The notes beneath the pieces were generated by a model that ran no database searches, had not been told where the DNA came from, and saw nothing but the letters and a program-made list of their open reading frames with translations. From Candidatus Atabeyarchaeum deiterrae (GTDB lineage Archaea > Asgardarchaeota > Atabeyarchaeia > Atabeyarchaeales > Atabeyarchaeaceae): DNA of 64,000 bases. Shown piece after piece: positions 7,720 to 18,046 of this stretch; positions within the stretch are counted from its first letter, which is position 1, and each line of letters begins with the position of its first letter. The stretch lies in NCBI GenBank assembly GCA_037310415.1, contig CP147780.1:672001-736000 (forward strand), in the 5' to 3' direction. Both the position numbers and the translations under genes were made by a program.

Positions 7720-8943
7720 CTACTCCTGCTTGGTTCTCTTAACGGCTCGGTAAAGGGCTTCGAGCCCAGGTAGCTTCTGTCCAGCTAGCATTGCCATAGT
7801 AGCTCCCCCGCCGGTGCTAACGTAACCCATCGACTTATCGAGATTTTCTTCCTTGGCTAAGACAGCCAAATGTCCTCCTCCGATAACGGAGAAACCCTTT
7901 GACTGTGCTATCGCCTCTAGGATCTCTTGCGTTCCCTTAGAAAAGTTTCTATTTTCAAAGACTCCGGCCGGTCCATTTGCAAGAATTGTCTTTGCCTTCG
8001 CTATTATGTCCACGTATTCCTTAATGGTGTTTTCTCCTATGTCCATCACAGTAGCATCCTTGGGCATTCTGTCAACTCGAACTTCAACTCGTTTTTGCTC
8101 GATGGCTACGGCAACATCCTTGGGGAGCATTATTATATCCCTGTACTTCTCTAATAGGTCCTTAGCTTGTTTCTTGAGCGATTCGAAATCCTTCAGATTT
8201 CCCCTGCTGCTCTCGCCAAGGCTTACACCCGACGCTTCGAGAAAAACGATGGCCATAAGCCCTGCCAGGAGAACCTTGTCAACCTTTTTCCTCTCCAGTA
8301 TGCTGGATAGAATCTTGATCTTGTCTGACACCTTTGCTCCTCCCAGTACCACAACACTTGGTCTATCAGGTTCATAGAGCACTCTGTTGAGCGCCTTTAG
8401 TTCCCTTTCCATCGATCTACCCGCAGCAGAAGGTAGAACCTCAGGGAATCCGACCATTGAGGCTTGGGCACGGTGTGCCGCTGGATAAGCGTCATTCACA
8501 AACAAATCAAAGAGAGGTGAGAGTCTCTTGACGAGATGAGTCTTGGCGAATAGCTCTGGTGTCCCTTCCATGATTTCTTCGGAGAGAAATCTGGCGTTGT
8601 CCAGCAGAAGTACATCGCCGTTCTTGAGTTTTTGAATGGCCTCTAGGGCTGTTGGTCCTATAATATCCTCGACGAATTTCAATCGATTTCCCAAATACTT
8701 CTTTAATGCTTGTGCATGAGATTTCATTGATGTAAAATCGGCTTCTCCGGGTCTACCTTGATGTGACAGAATGGCAACTCTGGCCTTTTCTAGATCTTTC
8801 AACGTGTCGAGGATGGCTACTATCCTTGAATCGTCTAATATCTGATCCGTTCCGGGTTTCATTGGCGAATTTATGTCAACCCTTACGAGGACTTTTTTTG
8901 AATCGACTTCCACGTCATCCAAAGTCAAGAATTTCAAACTCAT
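7720..8943 (-). CDS. pgk: Phosphoglycerate kinase
   Basis: VRVDINSP, SHQGRP, LGGAKVSD, NGPAGVFE, VSTGGGA. Confidence 0.97.
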   Translation of the reverse strand: MSLKFLTLDDVEVDSKKVLVRVDINSPMKPGTDQILDDSRIVAILDTLKDLEKARVAILSHQGRPGEADFTSMKSHAQALKKYLGNRLKFVEDIIGPTALEAIQKLKNGDVLLLDNARFLSEEIMEGTPELFAKTHLVKRLSPLFDLFVNDAYPAAHRAQASMVGFPEVLPSAAGRSMERELKALNRVLYEPDRPSVVVLGGAKVSDKIKILSSILERKKVDKVLLAGLMAIVFLEASGVSLGESSRGNLKDFESLKKQAKDLLEKYRDIIMLPKDVAVAIEQKRVEVRVDRMPKDATVMDIGENTIKEYVDIIAKAKTILANGPAGVFENRNFSKGTQEILEAIAQSKGFSVIGGGHLAVLAKEENLDKSMGYVSTGGGATMAMLAGQKLPGLEALYRAVKRTKQE

Positions 8944-9046
8944 ACTGCTATCCCTCCTAGCTCTGATTTACAAATAGTCAGCTTAAAAGCTTTCTACTTT
9001 CTGTGGATTGAGGATCGTTGAGACAATTCGTGATGCGGATCCGCAT

Positions 9047-9613
9047 TCAAGAGTTTTGGTCAGCAAGTTGCCAGTTGGAAGAGAGCTGAAGTTGGTGCTT
9101 AACTTCTTCGATCGTTTTTCTCATGTTTTCCCAATGCCCACCGACCCAGTAAATCTTGCCACAGTTCTTGCAGACCCAAAACTCTTTGTTTTCTTCTATA
9201 ACCTTTGATGGAATCTTACCAACAATCTTGCTCTTGTCGGTGGCCCCTTCTATTTCTCCATTGCAGAGCGGGCACCTGGACAATGTTGGATCAAGATTCA
9301 TTTCAAGTTCGTAAACCGTGACCAAATGCGCAAGTCGTTTAACAAGGGTGTCGGGTCTAAGAAGAAGTGAGACAATGCCCTTCTTCAGAGCTTTCTTATG
9401 GAGACTCTGGTCACATGTTAGCAACACTCGATTCTCGCTCCTTGACTGCTCAATTAGGTCCTCGTCATCAAGATCTTTTGAATAGTGAGTATCATAGCCC
9501 AGAAGACGGAGCCAACGTGCCAAGTCACCCAACATTTGATCAACAAGAAAGCTGGGAGCGACCCGTTTTTCCATGTCAAAACGCCTTGTTAATAGCTTGA
9601 CTCCGTTTTTCAC
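9047..9613 (-). CDS. Mut7-C RNase domain protein (DUF82)
   Basis: FLVDQMLGDLARWLRLLGYD, SRCPLCNG, CKNCGKIYWVGGH. Confidence 0.9.
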   Translation of the reverse strand: MKNGVKLLTRRFDMEKRVAPSFLVDQMLGDLARWLRLLGYDTHYSKDLDDEDLIEQSRSENRVLLTCDQSLHKKALKKGIVSLLLRPDTLVKRLAHLVTVYELEMNLDPTLSRCPLCNGEIEGATDKSKIVGKIPSKVIEENKEFWVCKNCGKIYWVGGHWENMRKTIEEVKHQLQLSSNWQLADQNS

Positions 9614-10959
9614 GGCGCTAAAGGTACTGCAACGTGCTTTACTATTCTCCCGCTTCCAGGTTTACCAATGATTTCGCCATCTTGCATTACTGGAATTCCA
9701 TTTACGATGGTTAAAACTGGAATTCCTTTTACCAGTCGCCCCTCGAAAGGCGTGTACTTCGCCTTAGAGTGAAATGACTGCGCGTCTATCGTTTTCTCCT
9801 TTGCCAGGTCTACCAGTGTGAGATCTGCGTTATAGCCTTCTGAGATCTTCCCTATATTCTTCAAGTTGAAGGATCTTGAGGGGTTCTCTGACATTGTCTG
9901 AACAATTCTCTTCAGAGTTATTCTTCCTTTTGTCATCTCTGTAAGGATAAGTGAAAGCATCGTTTCAAGACCAGGGATTCCAGACGGCGCATCGGCGAAT
10001 CCTTCGTCTTTTTCTACGTTTGCATGTGGGGCGTGATCGCTCGCAATTATGTCGATGGCTCCACTCGTAAGTCCTCGCATCAGACTATCGCAGTCCCTCT
10101 TTGTTCTGAGCGGTGGAACCATTTTTGCATACGACCCGAAGTGATAAAGCTCTTCATCCGATAGAAGAAGATGATGGGGTGTTACTTCAGTGGTCAATGG
10201 GACTTGTCTGCCTTTTTCACCGTTTATTATATTGAGCGCCATTTCCGTACTCAGATGACAAATGTGAATGTGAACGCTGGACTCTCTAGCCGCCTTAGCG
10301 CACATCGACACAGCGTCGACTTCAAGCTGTGGGGCATGTGATGAGACGAAATGCCGTATTTCGCCGTCGAGGTTGCTTGGTTCTCTTTTCTCTCTCTGCT
10401 CGTGTTGGAACTCGGCATGTATTGCCACTAGACAGTCGCTGGATTTCATTAATCTCAGTGATCTTGTTAGCATCGGCTCCTTTCTGAAGGAATCATACTG
10501 TGGATCATTCAGGTAGAGTTTGAACCCTACGGCTCCCTCCTCCATTATTTTACTTGCTTCATTTGGTTCCAGCGGGAACGCTCCAAAGAAGCCCACGTTG
10601 GAGTATATCATGTTGGAGGCCTTGCTAATTTTTTCCCTCAGCCTTTCCGCATTTGTTGTTGGCGGAAATGTATTAGGCATATCTAGTACCGTTGTAACGC
10701 CGCCGATCACGGCTGCCTCCGTACCAGATGAGAAATCCTCTTTGTAGGAGAGATTCATGTCTCTGAGATGAACGTGAACATCGACCACTCCTGGAAGCAT
10801 CAGCATCTTTCGGGAGTCTATTGTTGTGTCCGATGGGGGAAGGTTAGGGTCCTTGGCTATTCGCACTATCTTTCCTTTGTCGACGGCAACGCCTGCTTCG
10901 ACTATGCCATTCTCAAGGAAGATCTTTGAATTTACAATCTTCAATTCGACTCTTCTCAT
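9610..10959 (-). CDS. pyrC: Dihydroorotase (cyclic amidohydrolase family)
   Basis: DVHVHLR, DMPNT, TPHHL, PPLR, ASDHAPH. Confidence 0.85.
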   Translation of the reverse strand: MRRVELKIVNSKIFLENGIVEAGVAVDKGKIVRIAKDPNLPPSDTTIDSRKMLMLPGVVDVHVHLRDMNLSYKEDFSSGTEAAVIGGVTTVLDMPNTFPPTTNAERLREKISKASNMIYSNVGFFGAFPLEPNEASKIMEEGAVGFKLYLNDPQYDSFRKEPMLTRSLRLMKSSDCLVAIHAEFQHEQREKREPSNLDGEIRHFVSSHAPQLEVDAVSMCAKAARESSVHIHICHLSTEMALNIINGEKGRQVPLTTEVTPHHLLLSDEELYHFGSYAKMVPPLRTKRDCDSLMRGLTSGAIDIIASDHAPHANVEKDEGFADAPSGIPGLETMLSLILTEMTKGRITLKRIVQTMSENPSRSFNLKNIGKISEGYNADLTLVDLAKEKTIDAQSFHSKAKYTPFEGRLVKGIPVLTIVNGIPVMQDGEIIGKPGSGRIVKHVAVPLAP

Positions 10960-10993
10960 GTGAGGCCTTCCGCGAAGAACGAGTTCAGTATGA

Positions 10994-11797
10994 CTAGACT
11001 TCTAATCTATTGGAGACCAACTGAGTCAGATTTGTTTTTGTGATTACGCCTACCAGTCTATTGTTATAGTCCAAGACTGGTAATCCCTTTAATCGTTCCT
11101 CAATCATCAGCTTGGCTGCGTCTTTGATCTTTGAATCGGGTTTGCAGAACGGGGGAGTTGACCTCATTGCGCTACTCACAGTACCCTGCCGGATTTGTCT
11201 GTCTACGTGTTTTCCGTCAGTCTTGTCCACTATATTGAACATGGCTAAAGCTATTAATCCATCCGTAATCAACCCGACCAACTTTCCTCCATCGATTACT
11301 GGGAGTAGGTTCAGATTCTTCTCGAGAAGAAGTCTCCCAACATTCACTAGCCGCGTATTTGGAGATGTTGTTGTTGGATTCTTTGTCATGACTTGGCCTA
11401 CATAGATGTTATCGACCTTAAGACATAGTTTCAGCATTCTCGTCTTGGTTATGATCCCCACGAACCGGTCTTCTTTTGTTATGACAGGTAAGCAGCTTAC
11501 ATTATGGGCCACCATTTCCTTGGCTGCCTCTGTAACGTCTGCTTCCTGTGATATTGTCATCGGATTGGAGGTCATTATGCTTGAGACTCGGATGCTGGAT
11601 GATGAGAGTCCAGTTGCCCTTCCGGAAGATAGTTTTGCCACTATATCTCTTTCGGTAATAATGCCAACTAAGACACCCTTGTCCAAGACTGGGAGACGAG
11701 ATATTCTGTTTTTTCTCATCAAGTCTATGGCAAATGAGACCGACTGGTCCTTATCGATCACTATAGGGTTCTGAATCATCAACTTTTTGACTAACAT
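10994..11797 (-). CDS. CBS-domain protein (4 CBS repeats)
   Basis: Four LPV....GII/LI/VI-T repeats. Confidence 0.9.
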   Translation of the reverse strand: MLVKKLMIQNPIVIDKDQSVSFAIDLMRKNRISRLPVLDKGVLVGIITERDIVAKLSSGRATGLSSSSIRVSSIMTSNPMTISQEADVTEAAKEMVAHNVSCLPVITKEDRFVGIITKTRMLKLCLKVDNIYVGQVMTKNPTTTSPNTRLVNVGRLLLEKNLNLLPVIDGGKLVGLITDGLIALAMFNIVDKTDGKHVDRQIRQGTVSSAMRSTPPFCKPDSKIKDAAKLMIEERLKGLPVLDYNNRLVGVITKTNLTQLVSNRLEV

Positions 11798-11937
11798 CTT
11801 GTGTCTCCCTCCTCCTCATCGATGAGTTCATTATTCCCTCAAGTAGATTGATATCGGTTTTCTTATTTAAGACTGACATATGACAAGAGATTGCCCGGTC
11901 CTGTGAGTTCCGCTTGGTTGACAGATTAATGGATTGG

Positions 11938-13935
11938 TTAGTTTGTTATGCGAGATCCTCCAGAAGGCAATAATAGGAGGAACTCATCCAATGGAATTTT
12001 CTGAAGTCGTTGCCTTGCTTCTGGTTCAACTAGTCTAAGTAGTCTTTCTTTAATATCATGAGCCAGCTTCGACCTAGATTCCTCCCCCGGTGTCAATTCG
12101 ATCTTGACGTTAGCCCTCTTAGCTACGGAAGATGGAGGGCCTGCTACTACTACAGCATACCCATCTTCATCGATTACACCTATTGAAATCTTTAGCTGTA
12201 TCCCCTTCGCATAGGTTCGCTCTCCTCTGACCATGAATGAACCCTTTTCTAAGTACTCTCCTGAAGGAGGGGAGAGAGAGACTTGTTCACCCTTAACCCA
12301 ATATGCCTCGCCTGCCACAGTCCCAAGTTTCCACAGCTTGCTATATGAGACCGAGAATTGGCAGGCTTCGGCAAGGGTAGTCTCTGGAACGTCCTTTCCC
12401 TCAGATTTGACAATGACAACGGGTGCGCCATGAACATCAGCGTGCACAAATATGTCGTTAGGTTCCATCCTTTTCTTAACGATAATTTCATTGGTCTTTG
12501 CATCACGTCCTCCTATTATCAAGAAGTCGTCTGAGGACACAAACCACCTGTATCGTTCATACCAATTCTTGGCGCGTTTCTTTCTGAGAGTTTCTTCAGT
12601 GACCGATGCCTCTTGTCTCTGTTGTTGCTTTAACTTCATCTGGGCATTCTGTAGCGCTACCTCAGCACCCTTCCTCTTGGATCCCGCTTTTTTTGCGGTC
12701 TCGTAGAACCTTGAAGCGTTTTCCGTGGCGGGCAGACGTATGTCGAGGGTGATCCTCTCGCTATTGAGTTCTAATGTCAGGGTTCCTTCCTTTTCATTAA
12801 GAGAGTCAATACTGTTTAATGATCCGCTCCCTTCTTCTCTTGCTTTTCTGACCCTTTCTTTTATTTCTTGCCACGCTATTCCCTTTCTTCTATCTGTTGT
12901 TATTGTATAGAGTATTTCTTCGACGAGTCGTAAGTTTGAATAGACTAGGTCACCAAGCCTCCTGCTTTTCTTCTCGAGCTCCTCAGATTCCAAGATCTTC
13001 TTTTTCTGTTCATTAATGGTAATCTCAATTTCTCCGATTTCTTTGGTGTATTCGCTTGTGCTCAGATCTTTTCCAGCAGCGACTTCGACTGTGCTAAAGA
13101 ATTCGTCTAGCGCATCGTTGTAGGTTTCGGTTTTCTTAATTGGCAAGCCCTCAAATACCTTCAACTGGAATGGAGCCGTTGACAGAGGTCTGCCTTGCTG
13201 GTCGAACACTATTTGGTGATCATATGGACCCTTTGCAAGCTTGCTTACCATAAGCCTTATCGCTTCAAGTACTTTTGTTGTTTCTCCTCTGGTGAGCTGC
13301 CTAGATTTTAGGCCTTTTTCTATGCTTGCCAATGCGCACATCTCTTCAGCATAAATCGGATCCATGTTGAGTTTGCTTGCTAGCGTCTCAGCAAGACCAC
13401 CAGATGAGGAACTAAGTATTGATGCTATCTCATCCTCGGTTAGATTCATCAAGTCGGTTCCTCTAAGTGGTGGCGGGGCGAATTGCTCCTTCGGCTTGAT
13501 AGATCGATCTTTCATTATTCTGTAGTGCCTTGCCTGAACTATTCTATTCTCTTGGTCACAGAGAATCAGGTTGCCTTCACCAAACAATTCGACTACGAGT
13601 GTGAATTTCTCCGAGTGAAGACTGATCGTTATTATTACGATCCTGTCAAGATCATGTTGGGCAAGATTCTCGATGTGAGCGTTTCTGATATGCTTTCTGA
13701 GCGCGGCACAGAAGTTGGTTGGGGTTTTTGGCATGACCTTCTCATATTGAGTCAAATGTACTCTGCGTCCCGGTTCGACTAAGAGTGTCTTCTCCCCTGA
13801 TCTGGTATTTAGTTTAAATAGGAAAACCTCTTTAATCTGGTAGATGTTGCTGATCCATCCATCTGTAACAAATTGGTTTATTTCGTTTAGCAAAACAGCT
13901 ATATCGAAGTTAGACATAGAACGCTTTGATCTCAT
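11938..13935 (-). CDS. rqcH: Ribosome quality-control protein Rqc2/NEMF (NFACT family)
   Basis: MSNFDI, DRIV, ELFGEGN, WYERYRWF, GGRDA..NE, HADVHGAP, SGEYL.KGSF. Confidence 0.93.
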   Translation of the reverse strand: MRSKRSMSNFDIAVLLNEINQFVTDGWISNIYQIKEVFLFKLNTRSGEKTLLVEPGRRVHLTQYEKVMPKTPTNFCAALRKHIRNAHIENLAQHDLDRIVIITISLHSEKFTLVVELFGEGNLILCDQENRIVQARHYRIMKDRSIKPKEQFAPPPLRGTDLMNLTEDEIASILSSSSGGLAETLASKLNMDPIYAEEMCALASIEKGLKSRQLTRGETTKVLEAIRLMVSKLAKGPYDHQIVFDQQGRPLSTAPFQLKVFEGLPIKKTETYNDALDEFFSTVEVAAGKDLSTSEYTKEIGEIEITINEQKKKILESEELEKKSRRLGDLVYSNLRLVEEILYTITTDRRKGIAWQEIKERVRKAREEGSGSLNSIDSLNEKEGTLTLELNSERITLDIRLPATENASRFYETAKKAGSKRKGAEVALQNAQMKLKQQQRQEASVTEETLRKKRAKNWYERYRWFVSSDDFLIIGGRDAKTNEIIVKKRMEPNDIFVHADVHGAPVVIVKSEGKDVPETTLAEACQFSVSYSKLWKLGTVAGEAYWVKGEQVSLSPPSGEYLEKGSFMVRGERTYAKGIQLKISIGVIDEDGYAVVVAGPPSSVAKRANVKIELTPGEESRSKLAHDIKERLLRLVEPEARQRLQKIPLDEFLLLLPSGGSRITN

Positions 13936-13971
13936 ATTGTGACTATACTCCTTCAGGAGAGCATTCTTGAC

Positions 13972-14250
13972 ATGAACAATGAAGACAAGCTTTACTGGTT
14001 GAAAGCAATATTCGCGCTGATTGCAGCCCTAGTTTGCTCGTCGACCCCTATTCTTCTGGGTAAATGGGGTATTATCGCGAGTCTGTTGATATACTTAGCT
14101 ACGTACCCCGTTGGCGTCTACGTGTTGAAGGTTGAACCATCAAAAGTGGGGGGATGGAAAAGAATGCTATACTCTGGATTGATTACTTATCTCTTCATTT
14201 TCACGGCAATATGGGGCACCGTATTTACTTTGATGTACCCTTGGAGCTAA
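13972..14250 (+). CDS. EMC6/Rab5IP-like small 3-TM membrane protein
   Basis: Three hydrophobic helices; WKRMLYSGLITYLFIFTAIWGTVFTL resembles the EMC6/Rab5IP C-terminal pattern (recalled, not searched). AGGAG upstream of ATG 13972. Confidence 0.65.
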   Translation: MNNEDKLYWLKAIFALIAALVCSSTPILLGKWGIIASLLIYLATYPVGVYVLKVEPSKVGGWKRMLYSGLITYLFIFTAIWGTVFTLMYPWS

Positions 14251-14306
14251 ACGAAACGTTGTGAAACTTCGATTCCTGCAATCGATCACGAAAAACTTAA
14301 TAGTCT

Positions 14307-14337
14307 AAATAACAAAATGAGTTATCTGTTGTTATTT
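14307..14337. promoter_or_regulatory. Inverted repeat, candidate operator upstream of Lrp gene
   Basis: AAATAACAA-N13-TTGTTATTT directly downstream of a BRE/TATA-like GAAAAACTTAATA. Confidence 0.45.
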
Positions 14338-14369
14338 TCCCAAAACAAGAGGGCGAAGGGTGAAGAAGA

Positions 14370-14924
14370 GTGGAATTGGACGAGTTAGACAAAAAGATTA
14401 TAGCAATACTTCAAGAAGATTCCCGTGTTCCGTTCACAAAGATCTCAGATATCCTCAAGGTTCCTGATACTACAGTCCACTTTAGGGTAAGGAAGCTAAG
14501 AGAAAACAATGTTATCAAGGCCTTTACCGTTCTGATACCTTCCTCAAGTCTAGGTTACGAAACCTTTGCTCTTGTTCGGATCAGCGTTGGAGGGCACATA
14601 ATTCCCAGCATAAGCATAAAGCGAGCTGAGGAGATAACTAGTTCGCTGCGCAGCAACTCCAATATACGTATGCTGGCTTCTGGCGAGGGCGGGACGTCAA
14701 TCTATGCACTAGTTGTTGCCCGAAACAATTTTGAGCTCGATAGAATTCTCTCAAGACTTCGAAGTGACCCTGATGTACTCGATCTGAACGTGTGGAGGAT
14801 ATCAAAGCTGATCAAAGGAGAAGAGCTAGTAAGCCCTCCAACTGAGGGTTTCAAAGAGGTTCTTGATAGAAGCTCTGCAGTAGGCGAAACAAAGGCTCAA
14901 GAAGAGGTTGTTAAAGCGGTATAA
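14370..14924 (+). CDS. Lrp/AsnC family transcriptional regulator
   Basis: LDELDKKIIAILQEDSR..TVHFRVRKL HTH plus RAM domain. Confidence 0.92.
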   Translation: MELDELDKKIIAILQEDSRVPFTKISDILKVPDTTVHFRVRKLRENNVIKAFTVLIPSSSLGYETFALVRISVGGHIIPSISIKRAEEITSSLRSNSNIRMLASGEGGTSIYALVVARNNFELDRILSRLRSDPDVLDLNVWRISKLIKGEELVSPPTEGFKEVLDRSSAVGETKAQEEVVKAV

Positions 14925-14952
14925 GGAACAATAGTGACTGAGAGGAAGGAGA

Positions 14953-15684
14953 TTGTCCGCGCCACGTGTGAACACCGGAATACCTGGACTTGATAGCATA
15001 CTGCATGGAGGGTTCATAGAAGGAACAAACATACTCGTTCTCGGTGGGACAGGAACGGGGAAGACGATATTTTGCATGCAGTATCTGTATAACGGCGCAA
15101 CCCTATACAATGAGCACGGAGTCTTCGTCACGTTTGAAGAGAGACCGAAGGAGCTAAGGCTGGAAGCCAAGCAATTCAACTGGGATCTCAGGAAACTTGA
15201 AGAAGAGAATAAACTCGTCATAATCGATGCGGCGTCAAGCAAGGCGGGAATTCCATCTGACGAAGAGTATGCGATTCGTCGCGAGCTTGACATGAATATT
15301 CTTGCACAGGAGATTTACCGTGCGACGAGGAAGGTTGACGCTCAGAGGGTCGCAATTGATTCCCTTTCCGCTATAGGAATCAAGTTTGATGACGCAACGT
15401 CGGTGAGAACGGCCATTTACAAATTATCAAGCCTCCTAAGAGAACTTAACGTTACCTCCATAATGACTAGCGAGATGACGCATGAATCTGGGCAGTTGTC
15501 TAGGTTCGGAGTTGAAGAATACATCGCTCAAGGAGTTGTGGTGCTCTACCTCAGAGAAGAAGACGGGGAGTTGAGAAGATCACTCGTGGCCCAGAAGCTC
15601 AGAGCAAGTTCACACTCGCTAAGAAGGTATCCATTCGAGGTAAGTTCCAGAGGAATCACTGTGATGCCTGGAGGAGGACTCTGA
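14953..15684 (+). CDS. KaiC/RadA-paralog (RecA superfamily) ATPase
   Basis: TGIPGLD, GGTGTGKT, VTFEE, AIDSLS, KLRASSH. Confidence 0.9.
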   Translation: MSAPRVNTGIPGLDSILHGGFIEGTNILVLGGTGTGKTIFCMQYLYNGATLYNEHGVFVTFEERPKELRLEAKQFNWDLRKLEEENKLVIIDAASSKAGIPSDEEYAIRRELDMNILAQEIYRATRKVDAQRVAIDSLSAIGIKFDDATSVRTAIYKLSSLLRELNVTSIMTSEMTHESGQLSRFGVEEYIAQGVVVLYLREEDGELRRSLVAQKLRASSHSLRRYPFEVSSRGITVMPGGGL

Positions 15685-15692
15685 GAGTGCTT

Positions 15693-16355
15693 CTAGATCA
15701 CGGAAGTAGGTTTTCCCGTTCTAAGTAGGGTTTCCTCGTCCTTGAGTATTCCACGCCTGAGGTATTCCTTGAGTCCTGGTGTTAAGAGCGGCTTTTTCCT
15801 CACTGCGGGATAAGCGAAGGGGAGGCAATTAGCATAGCGCTTACTGATAGTTATCTCGATCCCTAGTCTTATGGGTATATCAGTGATGGGTTTGCCTGAT
15901 GCTACCCGTAAAGCAACGAATACAGCACCATCTACAGAGAATTGATGTGGTCCCAGGTTGCGGCTTAACCAGTCTGGAAGTTTTTCTGTCAAATCATGTC
16001 TCGTTCTCCCTCTGGGTGGATGATCCCCCAGAATACCTCCCACTAAGAGGCTCGTATCATTGGCGAAATCCCCTGGAGACAATGGCGTCGGAGATTGTGG
16101 ATCAAGAATAATCATACCCCCCTTCGTGCTTCTCTTCAGGTCGACTATGCTCTTGTGGGAAACCTTTCCTATTGTACTCAACTTCTTTGCCTCATTCGCT
16201 TTCTTGACATTCGTGAAAAGCAGATTTTCATAGCCAGCTATCTTTGAGATGTGACTGTACTCTAGCCAAATCCATTTTCCGAGGATCGGCTCGAGGTGCT
16301 CTATTACTATGCAAACCTTCCTAGCATGCCTCTTAACATCGTGCAGAAGGTTCAT
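15693..16355 (-). CDS. Sfm1-like SPOUT methyltransferase (DUF431)
   Basis: IEHLE..W..LEY, GGILGDHPPRGRT, LGPHQFSVDGAV. Start moved to ATG 16355, downstream of a TATA at about 16425. Confidence 0.85.
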   Translation of the reverse strand: MNLLHDVKRHARKVCIVIEHLEPILGKWIWLEYSHISKIAGYENLLFTNVKKANEAKKLSTIGKVSHKSIVDLKRSTKGGMIILDPQSPTPLSPGDFANDTSLLVGGILGDHPPRGRTRHDLTEKLPDWLSRNLGPHQFSVDGAVFVALRVASGKPITDIPIRLGIEITISKRYANCLPFAYPAVRKKPLLTPGLKEYLRRGILKDEETLLRTGKPTSVI

Positions 16356-16486
16356 CGCCAAATCGTCCCTTCTATGTGATCTGGGGTTTTGGGTTTTCAA
16401 TTGAGAACCAGAGGTTTGCCATAATTTATAAGTCTGAGTAAGGGTTGATCTGATAAATAACACTATTCTTGGAAGGGTGAACTGAA

Positions 16487-17374
16487 ATGGACTACTCGAA
16501 ATCGATCGAAGAGACAGGTCTAAAACTAATTTCTTTGGCAGTCACCGAACTTCCAAAGGATGTTCATAGCAAGTTGAAGAAAGCTTACGAAGAGGAGCAA
16601 AGCGAGATAGGGAGAACGCAGCTAAAGACTATCTTGGAGAACATTGAGTTAGCAGAGAAGTTGAAGTTGCCTATGTGTCAAGACACTGGGATCATCTCAT
16701 TCTATGTTAGAGCTGGACACGGGTTTCAGGGAATTAGCTTCGTAGAAGACGCGCTGACAAAGGCCCTTCGACGTGCGACCAATGAGATCCCTTTACGCCC
16801 CAATGTTGTTCATCCACTTAGCCGTGCGAATTCTGGAGACAATACTGGTCTAAGGGTTCCACATATCGAATGGGAAATGGACAAGAACATTGACTTCTTA
16901 GAGGTTACAGTTTTTCCAAAAGGAGCCGGGAGCGAGAACATGTGCTCCTTTAAGATGCTAAGGCCAGGAGAAGGCGTACTGGGTGTCAAGAAATTCGTCA
17001 TCGATACTGTTGTTGAAGCTGGAGGTCAGCCGTGTCCCCCGATTATCGTGGGTGTCGGAATAGGTGGAACGGCTGATGTTGTAATGAGCCTTGCAAAGAG
17101 ATCCTTGACTAGTCCGCTGGATGAGACTAATCCGGATACAGAAATCGCTTCGCTCGAGAAGGAGCTTTATGGATTGTTAAACCAGACAGGAATCGGCCCC
17201 CAAGGTCTGGGTGGGAAGTATACGACACTAGCGGTCAAGATACTTCATTCCTACTGCCATACAGCTTCCTTGCCTGTAGCCTGTGCGATCCAGTGCTGGG
17301 CAGCTAGGAAAGCATCAGCCAGACTGAGTAATGACGGTACCGTAAGTTATCTTACGCACAGTGTTTTGAGGTGA
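16487..17374 (+). CDS. fumA: Class I fumarate hydratase, alpha subunit
   Basis: PMCQDTG, PKGAGSEN, PCPP..VGVGIGGT, CHTASLP, QCWA. Confidence 0.9.
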   Translation: MDYSKSIEETGLKLISLAVTELPKDVHSKLKKAYEEEQSEIGRTQLKTILENIELAEKLKLPMCQDTGIISFYVRAGHGFQGISFVEDALTKALRRATNEIPLRPNVVHPLSRANSGDNTGLRVPHIEWEMDKNIDFLEVTVFPKGAGSENMCSFKMLRPGEGVLGVKKFVIDTVVEAGGQPCPPIIVGVGIGGTADVVMSLAKRSLTSPLDETNPDTEIASLEKELYGLLNQTGIGPQGLGGKYTTLAVKILHSYCHTASLPVACAIQCWAARKASARLSNDGTVSYLTHSVLR

Positions 17375-17378
17375 TCTC

Positions 17379-17987
17379 ATGGCGATCTTTGAGTTGAAAA
17401 CACCAATTTCAAGAGACGATGTGAAGAAACTGAATGTTGGTGATAATGTGTATTTGTCGGGAACGCTCGTGACGGCGCGAGACCAAGCCCATAGGCGTGC
17501 TCTACAATATGATAAAGAAGGAAAACAACTACCCTTGTCCCTGCAAGGATTAGCTCTTTACCACTGTGGTCCGATAGTTGCTGAGAAGAAAGGCGAGAGA
17601 GTTGTCATAGCAGCGGGCCCGACCACTAGCACCAGAATGGATCAATTTGAAGACCAGTTCATCCAGAAGTTTGGGATCAGGATCATAGTGGGCAAAGGGG
17701 GAATGGGTGAAAAAACCGTCAAAGCATGCGAAAAATTCGGAGCGGTTTACTGCTCTTTCACTGGTGGAGCAGCGCTAATCGCAAAGCAGGGGATCAAGAA
17801 GGTAAAGGGTGTAGAATGGTCAGATCTCGGCATGGCTGAGGCAATGTGGATCTTCGAGGTGGATAGGTTCGGACCAGTTGTCGTCACAATAGATGCAAAA
17901 GGTAACAGCCTACATGACCAAGTTGCCCGCGAGGTCCACAAAAATGTCCTGGCAATATATGAAAAACTCGGATTAAAGAGTTCATGA
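17379..17987 (+). CDS. fumB: Class I fumarate hydratase, beta subunit
   Basis: TARDQAH, YHCGP, GPTTSTRM, GKGGM, LGMAEA. Confidence 0.9.
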   Translation: MAIFELKTPISRDDVKKLNVGDNVYLSGTLVTARDQAHRRALQYDKEGKQLPLSLQGLALYHCGPIVAEKKGERVVIAAGPTTSTRMDQFEDQFIQKFGIRIIVGKGGMGEKTVKACEKFGAVYCSFTGGAALIAKQGIKKVKGVEWSDLGMAEAMWIFEVDRFGPVVVTIDAKGNSLHDQVAREVHKNVLAIYEKLGLKSS

Positions 17988-18046
17988 CTGCATTAAGTGG
18001 AGGAAAAGTCCTTTTCTAACTCGGCAAGTGACTGAGAATACGGTAT

